From a virus: a stretch of DNA of 48,626 bases. A program made the translations under genes and the position numbers. The stretch lies in IMG/VR virus record IMGVR_UViG_3300025529_000003; one strand, 5' to 3'. Below are positions 1 to 5,805 of this stretch, one piece after another; positions within the stretch are counted from its first letter, which is position 1, and every line of letters begins with the position of its first letter. The notes under the pieces were generated by a model. That model made no database searches. It had not been told where the DNA came from and saw nothing but the letters and a program-made list of their open reading frames with translations.

Positions 1-127
1 ACCTTCAAATAATTCTGGATTTCCACGATCAACTCGGGATCGCGGATCGGCTGGACTTCGCGCATATCACCACCTCGCTTGAAAAATGGCAAAAGAAAAA
101 GCACCCGCAGGTGCTACAAAATTTCAA
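1..127. repeat. Terminal direct repeat copy 1, identical to 48500-48626. Assembly overlap of a circular molecule.
   Basis: Read directly: both copies run accttcaaataattctgg...gtgctacaaaatttcaa. The repeat splits the recombinase ORF; its first 65 nt and RBS recur at 1-76. Confidence 0.95.
91..116 (-). terminator. Intrinsic terminator between the Cys-rich gene and the recombinase gene.
   Basis: Minus strand AGCACC-tgcg-GGTGCT followed by TTTTTCTTTTG. Confidence 0.7.
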
Positions 128-135
128 TATCTCGC

Positions 136-357
136 TCATTTCATCTCAGCAACCCCGCCTCTTTTAAAGGCATATTTTTCGTTGCAGTCTTTGCACTCGC
201 AGCAAATATCCCAATTTTTGAATCCTGGGATATCATCAATTTCATATGTCACTGTGCCTTTCCCACAAGGACATTCATAAATCATGTTGATAGTCTTACC
301 GTGATGATTTCCATAGCCAACTGAAGAAATCTTCCTTTCGATTAATCTTAGTTCCAT
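136..357 (-). CDS. Small Cys-rich, putative zinc-binding protein, 73 aa.
   Basis: ORF 136..390 trimmed to the ATG at 357, which is preceded by GGGGAGGTG. Motifs CPCG and CCECKDC. Visibly AT-richer than the flanks. Confidence 0.6.
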   Translation of the reverse strand: MELRLIERKISSVGYGNHHGKTINMIYECPCGKGTVTYEIDDIPGFKNWDICCECKDCNEKYAFKRGGVAEMK

Positions 358-415
358 AGTGCACCTCCCCGCATCACAATTTCGACACAAGGAGGAAACT
401 TCCTTTTTTTGTAGA

Positions 416-520
416 TCAGCTGTAATTAATTCTTTTCCTCTCCCGCCACTCTTTCCGGTTGCGCGGATCCGGTCCGGCGAGCGACAACCGTCTCACGAAT
501 CGATTTAGCCACTTTTTCAT
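416..520 (-). CDS. Possible 34-aa basic micro-protein (MKKWLNRFVRRL...).
   Basis: Its ATG overlaps the TGA of the upstream micro-ORF (ATGA). Below the ORF-track cutoff. No homology recognised. Confidence 0.2.
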   Translation of the reverse strand: MKKWLNRFVRRLSLAGPDPRNRKEWRERKRINYS

Positions 521-639
521 TTCCTGATTACCCCTGTCCGCTTGTCCCGCCGATGCGGATGCACGCTCCAGATGATACGATGTTTCACGCTAATCCATCC
601 GGCAAAGTTCTTCGGCAATTTCAACGACTTGTCTTTCAC
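517..639 (-). CDS. Possible 40-aa micro-protein with a GTG start.
   Basis: GGGGAGGGG lies 6 nt upstream of the GTG at 639. Translationally coupled to 416..520. Confidence 0.25.
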   Translation of the reverse strand: MKDKSLKLPKNFAGWISVKHRIIWSVHPHRRDKRTGVIRK

Positions 640-815
640 TGTGACCCCTCCCCTGAATATTTGAGGCCGGCACTTCCGGATCGTTTGCGCGGCCGGCGAG
701 CGCCCGGGTCCTGCTCATTCACCGCTCCGGTCGCGGTCGAAAGGAGGGAGCCGCGCCCGTCTCGCTTTGCCCCGCGAGCAGGATTCGGTCATGCGGCAAT
801 TTGGGGATGAGCAGG

Positions 816-847
816 CAAAAAGAAAAGGTCGCCGATGATCGGCAACC
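816..847 (-). terminator. Strong intrinsic terminator ending the non-coding transcription unit.
   Basis: Minus strand GGTTGCCG-atcat-CGGCGACC (8 bp including one G-U) followed by TTTTCTTTTTG. Confidence 0.8.
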
Positions 848-1270
848 CTGAATTCAATTTTGGTGTTGGGATGCGGGCAGGGATTTGCACCCTGCATGCG
901 CTCTACCAGTTCGGGTGATCATACCGCTCAGTTGCGATCTTGGCAGTAGGAGCGCCACCCGCAAGTGTCTACCTATTCCACCACCGCATCCCTATTCAGT
1001 TGACCGTCCATCTGGACGGCGACCGGGCTAACCCCGATCCCTCGTATCGGGCCGGTGGGGACCTACTGCCGCGTCTTGCACGGGTTCAGTCCCGATCAAT
1101 TGGCCCTGGAAGCCCATCTCGCCCGCAGCCCCATGGACTCTACAACCGATGCCGCAACGGCTGATTGATTTCGGAGCGACAGGCGGTGGGTTCGCCCGCC
1201 GTCCCGGGATGCCGCGTCACCGGCCGCCTAGGACAGACAGTTCAGCGGCGCGGCGGGCAAATGCTTCGCT
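848..1270 (-). ncRNA. Candidate large structured non-coding RNA, about 420 nt.
   Basis: No credible ORF or RBS. Bounded by an extended -10 promoter and the terminator. GC-rich helices, e.g. GCCCGCCG (1258-1251) with CGGCGGGC (1201-1194), and CCGTCC-agat-GGACGG (1019-1004). Confidence 0.5.
861..992 (-). ncRNA. Aberrant tRNA-like module at the 3' end of the candidate RNA.
   Basis: 9-bp acceptor-type helix GGGATGCGG (992-984) with CCGCATCCC (876-868). Type-II-like D arm GTGG-AATAGGTAG-ACAC. Arm TGGCG-CTCCTAC-TGCCA (957-941). T arm GCAGGG-TGCAAAT-CCCTGC (895-877). Tail AACACCA. Confidence 0.55.
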
Positions 1271-1290
1271 GATATCATAGTAGCACGGAA
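1271..1290 (-). promoter_or_regulatory. Putative extended -10 promoter of the non-coding unit, possibly the late promoter.
   Basis: Minus strand TGcTACTAT (1285-1277). No good -35, which fits an activator-dependent promoter. Confidence 0.4.
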
Positions 1291-1313
1291 TTTCCCAAAA
1301 AGTCGGCCATAAT

Positions 1314-1342
1314 GCGGACAAAATGCGGACATAGAGCGGACA
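1314..1342 (-). repeat. Three direct TGTCCGC repeats phased 11 bp apart. Candidate activator binding sites.
   Basis: Plus-strand GCGGACA at 1314, 1325 and 1336. They sit immediately downstream of the arpU stop and upstream of the extended -10. Confidence 0.6.
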
Positions 1343-1348
1343 TGATTT

Positions 1349-1795
1349 TCAGTCTTCTTTCAGCACCACCAGTCCCAGGGCTGCCGCCAACCTGTAGATG
1401 GCGATCGACTTGATCCGTCGATAGTGCCGGGTGCTGTACCCGAGAGCTGTAGCCACATCGACATCAAGCACATTGTCTTCGTCCAGGTAGCGCATCCGGA
1501 TCAGCTTTTGCTGCCGGGCACCCAGCCGGCTGACCGCCTTCTCTACGCGCTCGACGTGCTTCCGGCGCCGCTCCTGCTCGTCCACATTCAGGATGGCAAT
1601 TTTCTCTACCTGCGACACGACCGAATTCGTCTGGCCATGGTAGCGCGGTTCGTACAGCGGTGTGACCTTCAGTTCGTGCGGGATGTATTCCGTCACTTTG
1701 TACTCCCGGGCCAGCAGCAGATACCGCTCGACCGCCTCTTTCGTCTTTTCTTCGTCGATCTCGTATATGCCGAAGCAAAGTTGTTGTGCCCCCAT
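1349..1795 (-). CDS. arpU: ArpU-family phage late transcriptional regulator.
   Basis: 148 aa. C-terminal sigma region-4-like HTH (RQQKLIRMRYLDEDN...ATALGYSTRHYRRIKSIA). Located just before the packaging module. Confidence 0.8.
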   Translation of the reverse strand: MGAQQLCFGIYEIDEEKTKEAVERYLLLAREYKVTEYIPHELKVTPLYEPRYHGQTNSVVSQVEKIAILNVDEQERRRKHVERVEKAVSRLGARQQKLIRMRYLDEDNVLDVDVATALGYSTRHYRRIKSIAIYRLAAALGLVVLKED

Positions 1796-1798
1796 ACC

Positions 1799-1832
1799 CC
1801 TACACCTCGCTGTATGGTAAAATAGGTGTAGG
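1799..1832 (-). promoter_or_regulatory. Hairpin that can sequester the arpU ribosome-binding site.
   Basis: Minus strand CCTACACC (1832-1825), 18-nt loop, GGTGTAGG (1806-1799), then ggtATG. The SD GAGGTG lies in the 3' arm. Confidence 0.4.
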
Positions 1833-1884
1833 AACGTCTGTTTGCTTTTTCCCCTGCATGGCCCATATGCAGGGGATTTTTTTC
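1830..1884 (+). ncRNA. Candidate 55-nt cis-antisense sRNA opposite the arpU leader.
   Basis: Plus-strand extended -10 TGgTAAAAT (1815-1823), then hairpin CCCCTGCAT-ggcccat-ATGCAGGGG (1851-1875) followed by ATTTTTTT. Confidence 0.3.
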
Positions 1885-1997
1885 TAAGCAGCCTTCTCCC
1901 GCCCGCTCACGCGGATCACGGTCGGGATGCCGCGTTTGACTTTCCGGATCGTCACGATTGGCCGATATCTGTCACCGGCATTCAGCGGTTTGGCCAT
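1884..1997 (-). CDS. Possible 37-aa basic protein (MAKPLNAGDRYRPIV...).
   Basis: GAGGGGGGA upstream of the ATG at 1997. Below the ORF-track cutoff. Confidence 0.3.
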   Translation of the reverse strand: MAKPLNAGDRYRPIVTIRKVKRGIPTVIRVSGREKAA

Positions 1998-2287
1998 GAG
2001 TTATCCCCCCTCGGCGGCTCCGGCAGCGGCATCCAGTGGGTAACCTCGATCAGCGGGTCGAAAATCAGCCATAGTCCGCCAATGTATCTCAGGATATATG
2101 TGCCCCTATAGTCGCCGCGCCGATAGTACACCAGCACAGTATCGCCGCTTTTGGGCAACCTCTCCTCGACGCTGATCCACTGCTTGCTTTGTTTCAGTTG
2201 CTCAATCTCCGCTTCCAGTTCCTCAATCTCGCACCAAGGACAGCTTCGCTTCACATGATCATGTTTTTCGCACCACAGACCGCTCAT
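1982..2287 (-). CDS. DUF551-like phage protein.
   Basis: C-terminal ERLPKSGDTVLV...THWMPLPEPP signature. N-terminal CxxxxxxxCPWC. Confidence 0.6.
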   Translation of the reverse strand: MSGLWCEKHDHVKRSCPWCEIEELEAEIEQLKQSKQWISVEERLPKSGDTVLVYYRRGDYRGTYILRYIGGLWLIFDPLIEVTHWMPLPEPPRGDNSWPNR

Positions 2288-2529
2288 TCCACCGTCACCC
2301 CGATCTCTTTGAGGATGTCGCGGGCACGTTGGCCGTTGTCAAGGTTAATGGGCGCCCATTTTGCGTGAATTATATTTCCAGCATCGTCCCATTCGACGTC
2401 TCCCTCATATGTTTCCTCGTCCCCGTAAAACCGCAACCCCTCGATCAGTTTTTGCCGTTCTTCCTCAAGTTGCTCTATATAAGCACATTCTCCGCACCGT
2501 ATCCGCCCATGTCTTTCACATGTGTTCAT
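2284..2529 (-). CDS. Hypothetical early protein, 81 aa.
   Basis: ORF with overlapping stop/start junctions in a tightly packed operon. Confidence 0.55.
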   Translation of the reverse strand: MNTCERHGRIRCGECAYIEQLEEERQKLIEGLRFYGDEETYEGDVEWDDAGNIIHAKWAPINLDNGQRARDILKEIGVTVE

Positions 2530-2536
2530 TCCGCGG

Positions 2537-2905
2537 TCACTCCGAATAAAGTAATCTTTTCAAAGTCTTGACTATATGTGGTATTGGCTCACTGGTTGCC
2601 CTAATATGCGTGTCAATTTCCATCAACCCCTCGATCAGCTTGGCCCGTTCCTCCCGCAGCTTCCGGTTTTCATCTTCCAGTTCTCGAACAATTTCCTTGT
2701 ATCCATCAACCGACATTTTCAGGCATTCTCGGCATGGATTTTCTTTCGTGCATTCGTCCCGCTTGTCCAGTTCAGACAGGAGGAAACGTACATCAGTTGG
2801 AGCATTCATAAGGGCTGATTCAGGATTATTTTCCGAATCTAGCTTTGAATTCTTTGCCGCAATGCAAACAAGTTCTATCAACCCATGAATCATCCAACAT
2901 CCCAT
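2537..2905 (-). CDS. Hypothetical coiled-coil protein. Start uncertain.
   Basis: 122-aa ORF with a Glu/Arg/Leu-rich heptad-like segment. Confidence 0.5.
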   Translation of the reverse strand: MGCWMIHGLIELVCIAAKNSKLDSENNPESALMNAPTDVRFLLSELDKRDECTKENPCRECLKMSVDGYKEIVRELEDENRKLREERAKLIEGLMEIDTHIRATSEPIPHIVKTLKRLLYSE

Positions 2906-2945
2906 CTTTCCCGAATCTTCGCGATCTTCTTTTCCTTGTCCATGG

Positions 2946-3365
2946 TCATCCCTCCATCACCGCCAGTAGAGCAGCTTTGCAGCGGTCCGCGGGCGAAGCG
3001 TGGACGTAATCAAACATCGTCACATAGTCATTGTTGTTACGAACGACGATTTGGAGTGCCTGACAATACGCAACCCGAAGATACAGTTTGTCGATTTCTT
3101 CCTCTACTTCCCACGCGGCGGCTATGTCGGTGGAATAGCGCGGTATGTCTTCCCATGCCTTTTTCTCTGTTTGTCTCCACCCACAATTTTTCCACCCACC
3201 ATTGAGGGGTCTAATGTCGTTTTCTCCGAATTCACCGATCACGACAAAATTACGCACATCGTCCCGCGTACATATTCGCGCATTAAATATCTCTTTTGCT
3301 ATCCACACATCCCGTTCGCGTGGCGTCAGACTGTCCCACTTCGCCAATATCTCATCACGGGTCAT
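2946..3365 (-). CDS. Hypothetical phage protein, 139 aa.
   Basis: ORF whose ATG overlaps the upstream stop (ATGA). Confidence 0.55.
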   Translation of the reverse strand: MTRDEILAKWDSLTPRERDVWIAKEIFNARICTRDDVRNFVVIGEFGENDIRPLNGGWKNCGWRQTEKKAWEDIPRYSTDIAAAWEVEEEIDKLYLRVAYCQALQIVVRNNNDYVTMFDYVHASPADRCKAALLAVMEG

Positions 3366-3511
3366 GCTTGTTCCTCCATTTCAGCAAGTTTGCACGCTTC
3401 CTCAAACGTACCGTCAAACTTTCGATTGTTAACGTAGACCACAAGCTTGTCAGCCCAATAATACTCCTCAATCATTTTTCCATTGATTTTTTTATATCGT
3501 TCAGGTTTCAT
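3362..3511 (-). CDS. Hypothetical 49-aa protein.
   Basis: GGAGGAG RBS. ATGA overlap with the next gene. Confidence 0.4.
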   Translation of the reverse strand: MKPERYKKINGKMIEEYYWADKLVVYVNNRKFDGTFEEACKLAEMEEQA

Positions 3512-3577
3512 CCTTCTGCTCCTCCAATCCGGCAAGTTCAATTTGTTTATCGCAGTGTTTGATAATCTCTTCCAGCG

Positions 3578-3745
3578 TCACAGCTCACACCTCCCGTCCC
3601 TGCAGTCCATCCCATACGCTGCCGCCTCATCGACAGCCGCCACCAGCTCCACGCCCGGGCCGCAAGTCTCGCAGTACGTCTCGTTGTCCCGTAGCTCCCC
3701 CGGGCGACCGCACTCCCAGCATACCAGCACATGTTTCGCGCTCAT
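3578..3745 (-). CDS. Small zinc-ribbon-like protein, 55 aa.
   Basis: CWEC...CETC pairs. GGGAGGAG RBS. ATGA overlap with the upstream gene. Confidence 0.45.
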   Translation of the reverse strand: MSAKHVLVCWECGRPGELRDNETYCETCGPGVELVAAVDEAAAYGMDCRDGRCEL

Positions 3746-3951
3746 GACTCGCTCAGCTCCTCCCTCGCCAGTTCTGCCAGCATCGCCCGCCGCTCTACCG
3801 GCGGAGCTTGTCGCAATATCTCCCGAATCGCCTCGATCCGCTCCTGATATGTCGCCCGCCGCCGCGGCGGCGGCTCGGCCGTGATCGCCACGCCGGTCTC
3901 GCTGTTGACGCGGCGGTTAGTGCGGTACAGGCGGTGGATCTTCCCGGGCAT
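3742..3951 (-). CDS. Hypothetical 69-aa protein.
   Basis: ORF in the operon with coupled junctions. Confidence 0.45.
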   Translation of the reverse strand: MPGKIHRLYRTNRRVNSETGVAITAEPPPRRRATYQERIEAIREILRQAPPVERRAMLAELAREELSES

Positions 3952-3973
3952 CGTTTCGGCTCCTTTCTCATGC

Positions 3974-4783
3974 TCAAAATAGCGTCAGTTGCCGGCCGCA
4001 ATGTTCCGCCGCGACCGGGTTGATCCAGAGGACTTCCTCTGTGGCCTTCCCGCGTTGTGCGAGGGCCTGCCTTGTCTCCCGGTGCCAATGGCGTAGTCGT
4101 TCATCATATAATCGGTTCGCATATCCCGATAACAGCACCGGGCCCGGGTGATCATCGAGCAGATCCAGTAACTCCAGATGCTCATCGTCCGTCATCTCGT
4201 GCCGATAAATCGCTCCGCTTCTGGTTTCGAGAACGTATGGCGGATCTGCGAATATCAAGACGTCCGGCCGCCGATAACGCTTGATCAACTCTGTCGCTTG
4301 CTGCTGTTCTATCTGTACCCCTCGCAGACGTTCGGTGTATGTCATGATTCTGTTCGGAATGTCGCCCCATTGATGCGCAGGTTGAGGGTCCGACACATCC
4401 ATGACACTCCTCCAACCCGTCCGTGCGCACATTTTCGGTCCCTGACCCATCCAGCACCGCACCAGGAACCTCCGCGCTCGCTCGAGCTCGTCCAACTCCC
4501 CCCCCGATTGGTAGGAGATGTAATATTCCTGCCGGCTGTACGGTGTCCAATAGATCAGCCGCGCCAGCTCGTCAGGTCGGTCCCGGATCACCTTAAAAAG
4601 GTTGACCACATCCCCGTCAAGGTCATTGATGGTTTCGAGCGTGGCCGGAGGTTTGTTGAAAAACACCGCGCCGCTGCCGAAAAACGGCTCGAGGTACGTT
4701 TGATGTGGCGGCATGTGCGAGATGATCCAGTCGGCCAGACTCCACTTCGATCCGGGATAGTGCAATATGCGTGGTGCGGTCAT
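3974..4783 (-). CDS. dam: Dam-family DNA N6-adenine methyltransferase.
   Basis: N-terminal YPGSKWSLADWI, FFGSGAV (AdoMet site) and FADPPY catalytic motif. Confidence 0.85.
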   Translation of the reverse strand: MTAPRILHYPGSKWSLADWIISHMPPHQTYLEPFFGSGAVFFNKPPATLETINDLDGDVVNLFKVIRDRPDELARLIYWTPYSRQEYYISYQSGGELDELERARRFLVRCWMGQGPKMCARTGWRSVMDVSDPQPAHQWGDIPNRIMTYTERLRGVQIEQQQATELIKRYRRPDVLIFADPPYVLETRSGAIYRHEMTDDEHLELLDLLDDHPGPVLLSGYANRLYDERLRHWHRETRQALAQRGKATEEVLWINPVAAEHCGRQLTLF

Positions 4784-4796
4784 GGCAGCCCTCCTA

Positions 4797-5561
4797 CTAC
4801 AAAATCAACGACGTCGGTATGACCGACAACATCTTTTCATGCGCCAATCGATACATGTCCTTCTTGATTTCGAAGCCATAGGCGTGGCGATTGATTTCGA
4901 CCGCCGCTCTCAGGGTGGAACCGCTGCCTGCGCAGGGGTCAATCACGACGTCGCCAACGTCCGTGAATATCTCGATAAGTCGTTTCAATAGCGGAACCGG
5001 CTTCTGGGTGGGATGGATCTTCGGACTATCGTCCGTCTCCCACTTGAACCAATTCAGGATCATACGGCCATCGTTGTTGAACTTCGGAAGCTTGTCACGA
5101 TACAGAACGAGTCCGTATTCCGTCGCGCCCACAATCTTCATGTTCGCCTTCAGCACTTGGGGCGACGATGATTTGATGAACACCAGCGGGATGTAATTCT
5201 TGAATCCATATTTCTGTCCTTGCTCAACAACGAGTTGAAGCTGCTGGAAGGAACAAAACACGATCATGGCCGGCGCCCTTCCCCGTTCCTTCGGCTCCTT
5301 GATCAGCATCTTCGAACAGAAGTGCATGAACTCTGGAATCTTGAAGTTTTCGTCGGTATCGAAGAAGGCTTTCCCCGCCTTCTCGGACTCGCCTTTTGAA
5401 AGATCGCCATCCACATACCACTCGGGGTTGCTGGCATACGCATTGCTGCCGAGGTTGTACGGAATGTCAGCTATGACCAGTTGAGCCTTTGGGATGTTGT
5501 ATCGCTTGTAATTTTGGAAATGGTCGTTAAAGAGCTGGCATTTGATCTCCATGTTACTCAC
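4797..5561 (-). CDS. Beta-class N4/N6 DNA methyltransferase.
   Basis: ADIPYN (DPPY-type) precedes HPTQKP and IDPCAGSGST. This order is typical of the N6_N4_Mtase family. Confidence 0.85.
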   Translation of the reverse strand: MSNMEIKCQLFNDHFQNYKRYNIPKAQLVIADIPYNLGSNAYASNPEWYVDGDLSKGESEKAGKAFFDTDENFKIPEFMHFCSKMLIKEPKERGRAPAMIVFCSFQQLQLVVEQGQKYGFKNYIPLVFIKSSSPQVLKANMKIVGATEYGLVLYRDKLPKFNNDGRMILNWFKWETDDSPKIHPTQKPVPLLKRLIEIFTDVGDVVIDPCAGSGSTLRAAVEINRHAYGFEIKKDMYRLAHEKMLSVIPTSLIL

Positions 5562-5565
5562 CCAC

Positions 5566-5805
5566 TTATCCCGATCGTCTCCTCTGCCAAAGTCCGTATT
5601 GACTGGCCCACCCGATGACTGTTGGTACGGTCACACCCAATATGTCCGCAATCTCAGACGGCGTATGATACGGCCACAAGCGAATCAGATCATAGACCTT
5701 GCGCGAGCTGAGCGTCCGGCGCTGCAACTCCCGGGCGGCTGCGTAGCGTTCGTCGAGCGGCTGGCTTTCGTCGATGGCGATCTCATAGAGCTGTTTCTTA
5801 CTCAT
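5566..5805 (-). CDS. Small HTH DNA-binding protein.
   Basis: 79 aa. C-terminal PSEIADILGVTVPTVIGW helix-turn-helix. Confidence 0.55.
   Translation of the reverse strand: MSKKQLYEIAIDESQPLDERYAAARELQRRTLSSRKVYDLIRLWPYHTPSEIADILGVTVPTVIGWASQYGLWQRRRSG

Noticed and set aside
389-410. Plus-oriented weak hairpin plus T7 run (AAGGAG-gaaac-TTCCTT TTTTT), with a possible TTCCAT-17-CACAAT promoter at 352-380.
   Set aside because: The stem is only 6 bp including a G-U pair. The -35 is simply the complement of the ATGGAA start of the Cys-rich gene. The predicted RNA would be only about 30 nt.
553-1164. ORFs 553..810 (+), 715..897 (-) and 940..1164 (+) inside the non-coding region.
   Set aside because: Pro/Arg/Gly-rich low-complexity translations with no Shine-Dalgarno and no family resemblance. 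The region is better explained as structured RNA plus terminators.
848-1270. tmRNA (ssrA) or RNase P RNA identity for the structured region.
   Set aside because: The acceptor partner lies only about 110 nt upstream of the 3' strand, not at the RNA 5' end. I found no resume codon or tag ORF ending in AA-stop, and the 3' end is AACACCA rather than N-CCA after a 7-bp stem. RNase P signatures such as GGAAAGTCCGG are absent. Still worth a covariance-model check.
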